Shown here piece after piece: positions 37,640 to 48,485 of a stretch of DNA of 64,000 bases (positions are counted from its first letter, which is position 1; each line of letters opens with the position of its first letter). This stretch comes from Obrimoposthia wandeli. Lineage: Eukaryota. Under the pieces are notes generated by a model that was given only the letters and a program-made list of their open reading frames with translations, did not search any database and was not told where the DNA came from. The translations under genes were made by a program, and so were the position numbers. The stretch spans positions 1,984,001-2,048,000 of the forward strand of contig CDROCS010000370.1 in NCBI GenBank assembly GCA_977020255.1, read 5' to 3'.

Positions 37640-38130
37640 TAATTAATGCTCTTTGGCATGTGTTATAATGTCTATCTCCGAATGGTTCAAAAACTTGTTT
37701 TGGCCTGCTATGACTTCTCTTGACTTTGTAGTGGGCTAACGTCGAAGCCAGATATAACATAGATAAGCAAATATCAAGTCTCCAATAAAAGAAGGCTTGA
37801 TCGCTCGATCTATAATCAAAGTGAGATATTAAAGACGAATAATACATTCCGTTTAGAGCCGTACATGTGAAGCAGGACCAAACTGGTATTCTCGCTGCAC
37901 CACAGAACCAAATATATTACACAATTGTTATAAACATTGATGAGGTATAGCATTGTATTGTCTAAACACTGGATTTTTCGTTACATCATAATGAAAGTTG
38001 CAATATATAAGTTACAAAGCTGCAAAATCATTTGAAGGTATTGATAAATGTCCAGATGTAAAATCCATATAAACTTATTATAACTATATTTTATTTATCC
38101 ACATACATATCAAATTATTCTATCAAGTAG
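37640..38130 (-). mobile_element. Possible piggyBac-like transposase relic
   Basis: VYMDFTS and FFYWRLDICL segments; weak. Confidence 0.25.
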
Positions 38131-38771
38131 TTATAAAGATTGAATAGATCACTTTTTAATCATGAATATGATCGTCATATGAAACGTAAATGAAGATAGC
38201 ATCCTCAAATTCAAGAAAAGTTACTTTATCTTCACAAAAGCGTTTCTGAACATATTTGAAACTGTTCAATCGTTAATCAATAACAATATAGGAAACTTTT
38301 CAAAATCTGAAAAGAGAACCCTATTGATTATGTACAATTAATTAAATTAGCATATATTTTATATTACAACTACTTTTACAAATATTTATTTCTTTGTCAT
38401 AAAAAGTAGTATTCTAGTAAATGGTTCGTTATTAAATTTTAATTTACACCATATTTAAAGCCTATAAGATTTAATTTTTAAAGAAATTTTCTGTTAGAAT
38501 TTTTGATTCTTAAATTTATTAAAAAATCTTCATAAATGCAATGTTGTTAAAAGGTAAAAAAATATGATAGCGTAATAAAATCCAATATTCCATTAAATTT
38601 GAAAGTTCAAATAAAATACATATAATTAGGCTTTCATCGTCCTATAATTTTATGCTTTTATATTTTTGAAATATGTATTTAATTTTGTTTGTTTAAATAA
38701 TACATATTTTGACAAGAATTGAAAGTAAGATTTTGTTTCTATTTTTTTCAAATTGAAATAGTTTAATTATT

Positions 38772-39233
38772 ATGTCGGAGAAAGAGCAACAGGATGCAGA
38801 ATATACCAAAGAAGAAGAACAGAGATATGATGTCTTGACATATGAAGAAAAGGCTGCATACTCGTCTGTTATTGCTAAGCCTATGGCTCCATGCAAATTG
38901 GGGAAAAAAATTTACAAGCTCGCATCTTCAGCTATTAAAGAAAAACAAGTTATTCTTGGTGTTAAAGCAGTTATGAAGGCGATTAAGAAAAATAAGCGTG
39001 GTTTTGTCTTGATTGCAGGAGATATATCCCCAATTGATCTGGTTATCCATGTGCCTAAAGTATGTGAAGATAAAAATATTCCTTATGTTTATCTGCCATC
39101 AAAACGCGACTTGGGACTATGCTGTGTTTCTCAAAGATCCGTAGCTATTGTCATGGTTTTAGAACATGAAAAATATGCCAAGAAATTTTCAAAGATTCAC
39201 AGCAAGTTAATGAAACTTCCTGTTCCCATTTGA
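38772..39233 (+). CDS. NHP2: H/ACA ribonucleoprotein subunit 2 (L7Ae family), intronless
   Basis: LGVKAVMKAI...VLIAGDISPID...HVPKVCEDKNIPYVYLPSKRDLG; 153 aa, intact. Confidence 0.9.
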   Translation: MSEKEQQDAEYTKEEEQRYDVLTYEEKAAYSSVIAKPMAPCKLGKKIYKLASSAIKEKQVILGVKAVMKAIKKNKRGFVLIAGDISPIDLVIHVPKVCEDKNIPYVYLPSKRDLGLCCVSQRSVAIVMVLEHEKYAKKFSKIHSKLMKLPVPI

Positions 39234-40232
39234 TTAATATATGTTAATATGAATAGATTTGTTCTTTTTAATATTTTAATAACTTCTTAGTATTATTATT
39301 ATGATAATTGCTTTATCAGTTATATCCCAAAATGAGTGCCAGTAACTATTGAAATGGTGCATATCATTCTGTTAAATAGTAAATTATAATCGTCATTTGG
39401 CTCTAATATATTTAGTTAAAATGATTTGCTACGTAATATTGCTTTCAATCGGTATTTTGACAATTACGACCAATATGACCCTCATAGATCATATGGATAT
39501 CTAATTTATCCTTCAAAATTCATTGTTTATAGATATTACTATTATCTTGCTGTCCGTACAAGACTTTCAAAATGATCTTTTAATGTAGGAATAGTCTGAT
39601 CAGCTCCTATATTTATTCACTTGTTCATACTAGGATTAATATATATTTTTAATTTTATATCATATTTTGTTTTGTCTAAAAATTTTGACGCTATTATTAC
39701 ATAATATGTCCTGCAATCTCTAATCTTTTATGAACTCTTTCCCAACAACACCAGCTATAATTTAAAAATTAGCAATATTAAATGCTGTATATAAGTTTCA
39801 TTTTTTATTTCCCATATAACTACGAATAAGACGTTAACATTATTAGTAAAAATTGGCTGAGGAAACTGATACACTTCATCGTCCAAGAAATTAACATCTA
39901 TATATTTAACACTTTGATCTTCGAACTTTAATTCCAACATAATAAACATATACCTTTCTTATTTTCTGGTTGTACTAGTTTGGTACATCCTATGTTGGAA
40001 ATGAAATCTATGGACCCAAAGTCTGGAATACCATGAAATAAGGACAAATATTTTCAAGCGATTGAATAAGTGCCATGTTGAAATTTGTGTGGCTTAGTTG
40101 GAGTCGATCATTATCTTGTGAAAACTGGAACAAAAACGAAGTTTACGGGTACTGATTATCTCAGTGAGGAAATTCAGTGCTGAAGCTACTTCAGTGATAT
40201 TAAACGGAGTTGAGGCGTACAAAGTGACCAGG

Positions 40233-40337
40233 GGGTCTATATAAATGAATCCTGAAGAGTATGGATGATGGATTATTTCTCAGCCTTGACCAAAAGCTGC
40301 AGAGTAGCCACTGCCTGAAAATGGGTTGACCTAAACT
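40233..40337 (+). repeat. ~105-bp dispersed repeat, copy 1, containing TATATAAA
   Basis: Near-identical to 43317-43423. Confidence 0.9.
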
Positions 40338-41665
40338 ATTTTATTCATCTTTACATTCTTTTCAGTTTTCACGTTATAATTGTTCGATTTTTGGCTTCTA
40401 TTTCTATATTCTATTTATAAACCGTAAAGACTTAGTCTACATCGAAGGCAAGTAGTAACAGTATTCGTATGTAAACACATACCAATCGGTTTCTAAAGAA
40501 ACAACTACCTCTATAAGCATTCCCGTACTTTGATCATATTTTCTACACTCTTAGGCACTTGGGGTGCACCACTAAGAGGTTAAACCATTCACCCTGTAGT
40601 CTTTAACCCTTTTATGTTAAATTCAATGGTTGAAACTCTGAATCAGTTTCACAGGCCGACAAAATCATAATCTCAACGGTAAATTATCAGTCGAAATTTG
40701 TTTAAAAGTTTTTATAAAGAAATTTCATAACATTCGAAAACGGACACTATTTTTTGTTATGTTAAGTCCTCTATTAAGGTAAAGAAGTCCTATATTTTAC
40801 TAATCAAATGAAAATATTTTTAAATATATAATTATATAAACTCTTTTTAAATTTCTCGTTTGATTCATATCATTGAACATTTTCTGTCATAATTTTTTTA
40901 AATATAATTTTTAGAAATATTTTATCTTTCAGTATATAAATAAATAATTTTTAATATTTCATAATTTTTTTAATACTTTTCATAGGCTTTTTTGTAATCT
41001 AAACTTCACTTTTGTTGTCCAGAATTTATATAAGAATCTAAATAAGGTTATTTTTATTTTCAGAACAGTTGATCCGTTCTCGGGATAGGGAAAGAGCCGG
41101 CACAAATAGATTAGGAAGATGAGGTTCTTTGAATTTCTCACCGAATAAATGACAAAACTCTTGATTTTAAACCGTCCCATAATATCTATGGATAACAATC
41201 AAAATATATTCCATAAATGTAGACGTTCATCTATATAAGTTTGCTGTACAAAAGTACCTTCAGTTTACAAATTAAAGGAGCTTACATTTTCAACGTTACA
41301 CTTTAAAAATACTATTACTCAATACTAACAATGACGTGAATAAAGAAGATTATATTTTACATAGTTTAGTTCAAAAATACATTTAAAAAAGAATTAAATT
41401 GTCTGAAAAAATTTGCAAGATTTGCTAAAAATATTTTACTATATAATTAGTTTTATCGATTTTATTTTGGTTAATGAATTATCTTCATTTAACTTTTTTT
41501 GTCTTGAATTTATCATTTTAACATATATTTACATATAATTAAAGTCGTTATGCAATGGGATACTTGGAATGTGGTGACAAATTATAACACGAATAATGAT
41601 GATTTATTGTCAAATTGTCCATAAATTTGAGCTAACATAATATAAAGTGATGTAAAGGACCGGAT

Positions 41666-41892
41666 TCAGATTTGGGCGATATATTCAGGTTCTAGAAAGA
41701 TAAGTTAGTTTTTATTACTTCCATCGAACAGTGATGCAGTCATGTTTGTATTTGTTTTGACGACCGAATTCGTTTCAATCCGGATATACCCTGGTGCTAG
41801 ATAACACGAAGGTCTCGATGCTCTATCAAACACACAGAATCTATCGGGCTGGATAATACGAATTTTACAATGCAGTTTCCGAGATGGAAGTC
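41666..41892 (-). CDS. Possible last two exons (41892-41719, 41691-41666) of an unknown minus-strand gene with 30-nt and 27-nt introns
   Basis: GTAAGT...TTTTTCAG (41922-41893) and GTAAT...CTAAC...TTTCTAG (41718-41692); symmetric 174-nt open exon; upstream exon not resolved. Confidence 0.35.
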
Positions 41893-43316
41893 CTGAAAAA
41901 TAAACCAACAAACTAAACTTACCTTGGCATAAATTGTAAATTTACAGCTCTTTTTCTCTAAACAATGTTCATAGTTGTATTAAATGAGAATTTTATAACA
42001 ATAAGTCTTGAAAGTATCCCATATATTTCCATTGAAATATCTTTTTTCACTGACAACACCCAGTAATTCTGTCCCCCTAACTCTCATTGTCATTGTTATT
42101 AATAGAGGAATCTGCTGAGTAGTGTGGCATTAGACGTTCATCCCCTGTGTATGTGGGATAGTGTGTATTTGTTTTCCTATGTAGTACTCGCGAACTGACT
42201 GTAGTCCCAGCATCTCAAATTCTGTGCTGTCTTACTTATTCACACACAAGCATACTTGACGTCCAATAAAAATACACTTTGAAAAATTCTCATCGAACTG
42301 ATTATAGGTAAGGAATATATCGATATTTTGACGTTAAAATAATATTTCTGTATGTATTATTCCACACTTACAATAAGATACTGCATCGCAAGGAAAAATG
42401 CAAGCGATAAATATTATTACAATACAATACTTATTTCATTAGCTTATATAATACTGCAGATTGTTATGTATGCTGTATTGTTTGTTTGTGTAACGTTATT
42501 GGCTACTCAAGAGAGAAAAGTTAGGTTGTGTTTAAGTTTACTTTTACAGAATCTATGCTTGTTAAGAATAGTTAGTTTTGATGCTAGAAAATAGAGTTGT
42601 TTATCTCCCTTAGCAACGATGAAACCGTCTAAAATATGACGACCAGTGATAATATAAATAATAATAATTTGTACTTATCTGGCAAACGTTCTCAAAGCAG
42701 GCGTACCTTGAAGCTTTAGGTTAATATTCATTTTGAAATTTGAAATTAGTCTAGGTGTGTAAAGTTTTGTTATCTTTGACTTTATAATTTAGCAGGTAAG
42801 ATTCTCAGTTCGTTTAATTCAGAAAATTAAATTATAAATTTAAATAGTTTGTTAAATATAAATTTTATCGTTGCTTTTTCTATTTTAAATACAAAGAAAG
42901 ATTTGATGATTTTTAATCTTTTGAAGCATGTTGGTGTACAGATCGGGGAATATATAATTTCAATTGACATATCTTATCACATTGTACATATTTTGTATCT
43001 TATTAAATTATTTTTATAAAGAGTTGGATGTTCCGTTTGAGTCGAATTAATCATTTGTACTGTAATGTACAAACAATTATGTAAAAATGTGATTCAGCAA
43101 ATTTTCTGAATCACGTAATTATGTCAATTCAAATGGGTCAAGTAGTGGGAAATGATGTTTATTGCACGTTAAAGTGTTTGTATGTCTGACTATATATAAT
43201 ATATAATAGCCAGACATTGTGTGATTTTAGTTTGTAACTAGTTGTGATTTATGTGAATAAAGTTTCGAAATTCTATGTCATTATAAGGTGTGCTTGTTGG
43301 TTTGGTACATCTTAGA

Positions 43317-43423
43317 GGGTCTATATAAATGAATCCAGAAGAGTATGGATGATGGATTATTGCTCAGCCTTTACCAAAAGCTGCAGGGTAGCCCCTTTGC
43401 CTGAAAAGGAGTTGACCTAAACT
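43317..43423 (+). repeat. ~105-bp dispersed repeat, copy 2
   Basis: Near-identical to 40233-40337. Confidence 0.9.
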
Positions 43424-43439
43424 GTGGATGTACTGTAGT

Positions 43440-44620
43440 CAACGTTGAAAAATATGATGAAATTGGGGTCGGTAGTACAAATTATGTCGCTACACACTGC
43501 AGAATGTCATCGTTAATGGATAGTCAATGATCACGGATTGGCTAGCGGCTGGCGCAGTGAGGTTTGGCGTGACATTGGAGTATGCACGGTCTTCGAGTTT
43601 GTCGGCAAATACAAGACAAAGATTGAACAATGTGACCTTAGTCTCTCTTGCAGCAAAGGAAACTACTAATGTGGATGTATTAAGCGGTCTGGGAATGAGG
43701 GCAGGTAAACATCTGATAAATTCAAGACCAATTAGTTATAAAGGAACAGGTGAAGATGATCCCGGGCGTTAACTTCCAACAATTTCCTCTTATTAGCAAG
43801 CTTCACCAATAGCTCATTTGAAAGCTATATAAGACCCAGGTGCTGTTACAGATTAATTCAAGAGATTAACCAACATTTGTTGTTTTAATTTTAAACAATT
43901 AAAATGAAAGAGGAACTCGGCCGTTAGGAAGGGTAATCGAATTGATGCCAGTTAGTGATGTAATGTTAGGGTTGCGAGAATAAGAAGTCAAAGTAAATAG
44001 ATAGCCAGGCGATTCAAATTATGTTTGATAACTGCAGTTTGAGGTTTTTGTATGTATACTTTCGGTGGGTGGTTTTGTGTAGTCAGAAGCAGGGCAGAGT
44101 TGAGATTAGTTTGTTTGATGATCGGGTTCGATCATGGAGAGGGGTATGTTCCGTTTGAATTGAATAAACTTAACATAAATGAGACTGGAAATTGCTATAT
44201 TATACCAGCTCATTATATACAAACCTCCCAACAATCACATCACGCCTGGAATATGTGTTGGCAAGCAGAGAGTGATGTGACTGATGAGAGACTAAACAAG
44301 GCTAAAAACAGAGGCAAAGCCATTAAAAACTGTTCCAAGTGGAACCCATCAGAGACTTATACACATGAATACATTAAAGTCTGCAGGTGTGCTGTCCATT
44401 CTCCCATCACAATCTTGAGTCCCTGATCGTTCCGAGAAGGTTCGTACACTGTATTCTGTTATGTGAGATGAATTGCATCGTGTTTTTTTGACGTGGTCAT
44501 CAGTTGTAGAGATTAAACTCCACAAGTCAGTGATTTGTGCAGGGATGCGTTTGAAAAGTGTTGTCCAGACAAGATCTTTGTTATCACTTAGAATAGTTGA
44601 ACTAGGCGCCGCCAACAATA
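43440..44620 (-). mobile_element. Possible heavily degraded Gypsy gag-protease region
   Basis: Only weak motif echoes (DSTPADF, FLMALP, NLTAPAA); could instead be non-coding LTR sequence. Confidence 0.25.
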
Positions 44621-44629
44621 TGGCCAAAG

Positions 44630-46430
44630 TGTTAGATTTAAGAATTGAAAAATTAAAAGAATTAGTTGAATTTATACTAAAATAAAAATCCTTGAAAGCA
44701 AGGTTAAAAATTAAATAAAATATTAAATTTAAAATCGAGTTAAAATATTAGGACTAAAATTAGGAATAAATATTGAGAGGACCACGAAGGTCGTGTGTAA
44801 TGTGTTGTATATATAAGTTAATTAGAAAATATTAAAGTGCAAAAAAATTAAGCAAGGCAAAATAGCATTTTCAGCAAAAACAAAAAATCTGAATTAATCG
44901 AAGAAAAAAGAAGATTGACAGGTTAAGAAAAGGGAAACTTAATCCAGAAAAAAGAAGATTGACAGGAAACCTACTTCAATCGATCCATTGCCAAGTGATC
45001 GACAGTAGAGGTAAGACTATATAAGTCTATTTTCAAATTGACTAATCGCACAGAAAACCTGTCGAAAAATCAGTAATTCCCGCACAGAAAAACCCGCAGA
45101 GAAAGCAGATCGGAAGTCTACTAAATCGTTCCCGGTTGGTAAATTTGCTTAGTGGAACTGAGCTAATATTGATTTCTATAGAATTCATACAGTGCGAGCC
45201 CAAATAAATCAACTGTGCTTCTGAAAAAGACAGACAAATCGATACTACTAGCCGTTTCCCAATTAGCTAGAGACCGCGACATTCACGACTCTCAGCGAGA
45301 CCACAAGTCAACTGCCGAGAGGACTTCTAATCAACCAAATCGGTTCAACTCATCACTCCTCGGACTTTCGGATTAAATAGGTGAGAATAGGTACGAAGTA
45401 AAAGTATTTGGAAAATATTGTGCAGTCTATTTTGTGTAATTGAAAGTTGACAATTCGGAACAACTTTTGTAAATCATATACATTGTCCAAAGTTGACAAT
45501 TCGGAACAACTTTTGTAAAATCATATACATTGTCCAAAGTTGACAATTCGGAACAACTTTTGTAAATCATATACATTGTCCAAAGTTGACAATTCGGAAC
45601 AACTTTTGTAAAATCATATACATTGTCCAAAGTTGACAATTCGGAACAACTTTTGTATATCATATACATTGTCCAAAGTTGACAATTCGGAACAACTTTT
45701 GTAAATCATATACATTGTCCAAAGTTGACAATTCGGAACAACTTTTGTAAATCATATACATTGTCCAAAGTTGACAATTCGGAACAACTTTTGTAAAATC
45801 ATATACATTGTCCAAAGTTGACAATTCGGAACAACTTTTGTAAAATCATATACATTGTCCAAAGTTGACAATTCGGAACAACTTTTGTAAAATCATATAC
45901 ATTGTCCAAAGTTGACAATTCGGAACAACTTTTGTAAAATCATATACATTGTCCAAAGTTGACAATTCGGAACAACTTTTGTAAATCATATACATTGTCC
46001 AAAGTTGACAATTCGGAACAACTTTTGTAAATCATATACATTGTCCAAAGTTGACAATTCGAAACAACTCTAAAATCTCGATCACCCCGAAAGTAAAATC
46101 GATACGTGGTTCATCCCCACTTGTTGTAGAGACTTACAGAAGTCCTAGGAATTTTTACTATACTTTTTAGAAAATACGTACGTAAACGTATTGTTGTGTG
46201 TTAGTTTAGTGTGTTACCAATAAACGATTTCCTACAATTAGAAAACGTTGTTTTAAAACCCTTCAGATTAAGAGACGTCAAACCAAACACCTTCAGATAA
46301 GCAATATAGATAGGCAACCATCACACTAAGTAGGCCACGACCAACTTTAAGACCTGCTTCTATTCGAACTCACGTTGGGGCCCTCCGCACACAAGAGGAT
46401 CTATACAAGTCTCGTATAGAAACCCCAACA
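44630..46430 (+). mobile_element. LTR, 1801 bp, flanked by AAAG on both sides (probable nested solo LTR)
   Basis: TGTTAG...CCAACA termini; AAAG at 44626-44629 and 46431-46434; both ends homologous to the ends of the 22070-23412 solo LTR. Confidence 0.8.
45444..46069. repeat. 46/47-bp tandem array, about 13.5 copies, inside the LTR
   Basis: Unit aagttgacaattcggaacaacttttgtaaa(a)tcatatacattgtcca. Confidence 0.95.
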
Positions 46431-46492
46431 AAAGCAATGCTTTAGCCTCTTGTACATATATGCCTTCTTATAGAAACCCCAACATATTAAAG

Positions 46493-46502
46493 TGGTGGCC
46501 CG
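46493..46502 (+). promoter_or_regulatory. Primer-binding site, tRNA-Ile(AAU)-like
   Basis: TGGTGGCCCG is complementary to the 3' end of eukaryotic tRNA-Ile(AAU); lies 8 nt after an LTR-type end CCCCAACA (46484). Confidence 0.7.
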
Positions 46503-46539
46503 AGTGAGGATAGCTCGTCGGACACAGCGAATTCACGTA

Positions 46540-46850
46540 GAATAAGTTTCAGATAATTGAGAATAAGTTTCAGGTAAATAGAATAAGTTTCAGATAATTG
46601 AGAATAAGTTTCAGGTAAATAGAATAAGTTCAGATAATTGAGAATAAGTTTCAGGTAAATAGAACAAGTTCAGATATTGAGAATAAGTTTCAGGTAAATA
46701 GAATAAGTTCAGATATTGAGAATAAGTTTCAGATAAATTGAGAATAAGTTTCAGCAGAAGAATATAGACAATTGAGAATAAGTTTCAGAAGAAGATATAA
46801 GCAAATTTAGAATAAGTTTCAGAAGAAGATATAAGTAAATTGAGATAAGT
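46540..46850. repeat. ~20-21-bp tandem array in the retroelement leader
   Basis: Alternating gaataagtttcagataattga / gaataagtttcaggtaaata units. Confidence 0.9.
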
Positions 46851-47290
46851 TTTTGAGAAATCGAGTAGATTTGTTCCTCGAAGTTAAGAATTTGATAAGT
46901 TTTGAGAAATCGAGTAGATTTGTTCCTCGAAGTTAAGAATTTGATAAGTTTTGAGAAATCGAGTAGATTTGTTCCTCGAAGTTAAGAATTTGATAAGTTT
47001 TTGAGAAATCGAGTAGATTTGTTCCTCGAAGTTAAGAATTTGATAAGTTTTGAGAAATCGAGTAGATTTGTTCCTCGAAGTTAAGAATTTGATAGGTTTT
47101 GAGAAATCGAGTAGATTTGTTCCTCGAAGTTAAGAATTTGATAAGTTTTGAGAAATCGGGTAGATTTGTTCCTCGAAGTTGAAAATTTGATAAGTTTTTG
47201 AGAAATCGGGTAGATTTGTTCCTCGAAGTTAAGAATTCGATAAGTTTTGAGAAGTCGAGTGGATTTGTTCCTCGAGTTCAGTAAATTTGA
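46845..47290. repeat. 49/50-bp tandem array, 9 copies, in the leader
   Basis: Unit gataagttttgagaaatcgagtagatttgttcctcgaagttaagaattt. Confidence 0.93.
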
Positions 47291-47503
47291 TAAAGTGAGA
47301 ATCGAGTGGATTGATACTCGAAGTAATTAATTGAATAGGTTAAGTCGGGAGACTGTGTCCTCGAACTAATTAAAGAGATAAAAAATCGTAAATAAATTTG
47401 ATAAAGTGAGAATCGAGTGGATTGATACTCGAAGTAATTAATTGAATAGGTTAAGTCGGGAGACGTGTCCTCGAACTAATTAAAGAGATAAAAAATCGTA
47501 AAA
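47284..47503. repeat. ~110-bp tandem duplication directly upstream of gag
   Basis: aaatttgataaagtgagaatcgagtgg...aaaatcgtaaataa occurs twice. Confidence 0.9.
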
Positions 47504-47537
47504 TAAGAATTGTGAAATAAGATAAAATAATAAGTAA

Positions 47538-48485
47538 ATTGATATCGTAAACGAATACATAATTGATAAGACAACGGATAATAGAAAAGGACCCGCGTAT
47601 AATACTAGAAGACAAAGTCAGATTCCCAAGGAAGAGATAAATAATAATAAAGTTAACCGAATTGAACAGGTTCCCCAAACAGATAACAAAGTAACAGAAG
47701 AGACTAGAATCGAAGAAAACGTATCAGAAAGAGACGTTGATCAATCAGCGGTTTCAACCGACAGTTTTAATTTGACTGAATTATTTGGTGACATAAACCC
47801 AGAAGAAATTGAAATTACCAATCCAGTAGCGGTTGAGGAAGTTCAAGTGAATAATATTGAAGAAATAGTTGAAGATATAGCTGAAAATATGGCTCACCCA
47901 GGAGCTCAAGTAGATAATAATGCAGGAAATAATGTAGGTGACATGAATGCCGAGCAGTTGGCACAAGCCTTAAATGCGACGTTGAGACCCAACTTTTCAG
48001 GATCATTGCAGATTACAAAGTTTAAAGGAGATGAGGAAAGTATTTGTGACTTCCTCGCAGAATATTCGAGTTGTGCAGATGTTCAAGGATGGAACGATAA
48101 AGAAAAATGTGTCCGAGTACAGGCACACTTAACCGGATTAGCACTTGAAGTGTATAAACATTTGACAGAAGCAGAACGTTTAGACTGGCCAACGTTGGAA
48201 AATGCTTTTATTGGAAAATTGGTATTAGGAGACTTAGCCAAAGTAAATAAGCGACTCATGAGAGAACGGAAACAGAAACATGACGAAGGCGTGAATGAAT
48301 ACGCGTATGTTTTGAGAACCTTGGCCGCAAGAGCGTACCCAAGAAGAATAATGAGAACTCCAGAAGGTATTCCTGTAGCTCAAGAAGCACAAGTAGTGGA
48401 AAATGACCGGAACCAAAATGAAATGGCAGAGGTTTTGTTAGATATATTTAGAGGAGGATTGAAAAAAATATTAAAGTGTTATTAG
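47538..48485 (+). CDS. Gag N-terminal/capsid segment (open from 47538; no ATG before 47889, ACG at 47574)
   Basis: YNTRRQ, ITKFKGDEE, FLAEYSSCADVQGWND, LTGLALEVY, RKQKHDEGVNEYAYVLR; shifts -1 into the next ORF at an A7 run (48462-48468). Confidence 0.88.
   Translation: MDIVNEYIIDKTTDNRKGPAYNTRRQSQIPKEEINNNKVNRIEQVPQTDNKVTEETRIEENVSERDVDQSAVSTDSFNLTELFGDINPEEIEITNPVAVEEVQVNNIEEIVEDIAENMAHPGAQVDNNAGNNVGDMNAEQLAQALNATLRPNFSGSLQITKFKGDEESICDFLAEYSSCADVQGWNDKEKCVRVQAHLTGLALEVYKHLTEAERLDWPTLENAFIGKLVLGDLAKVNKRLMRERKQKHDEGVNEYAYVLRTLAARAYPRRIMRTPEGIPVAQEAQVVENDRNQNEMAEVLLDIFRGGLKKILKCY

Noticed and set aside
39300-39990. Possible minus-strand spliced gene including ORF 39755-39949
   Set aside because: Could not build a phase-consistent exon chain or recognise a domain.
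43423-44629. TGTGG at 43423 as the start of the giant element's own 5' LTR
   Set aside because: Poor inverted match to the CCAACA end and no second LTR to compare; the region could equally be a decayed minus-strand gag.
45444-46069. CRISPR-like appearance of the 46-bp array, and ORF 45427-45669
   Set aside because: Units are contiguous with no unique spacers, there are no cas genes and the context is eukaryotic; the ORF is just the translated repeat.
48455-48485. Programmed -1 frameshift at the A7 run
   Set aside because: G_AAA_AAA is not a canonical slippery heptamer and the site is mid-capsid; a homopolymer indel is more likely.
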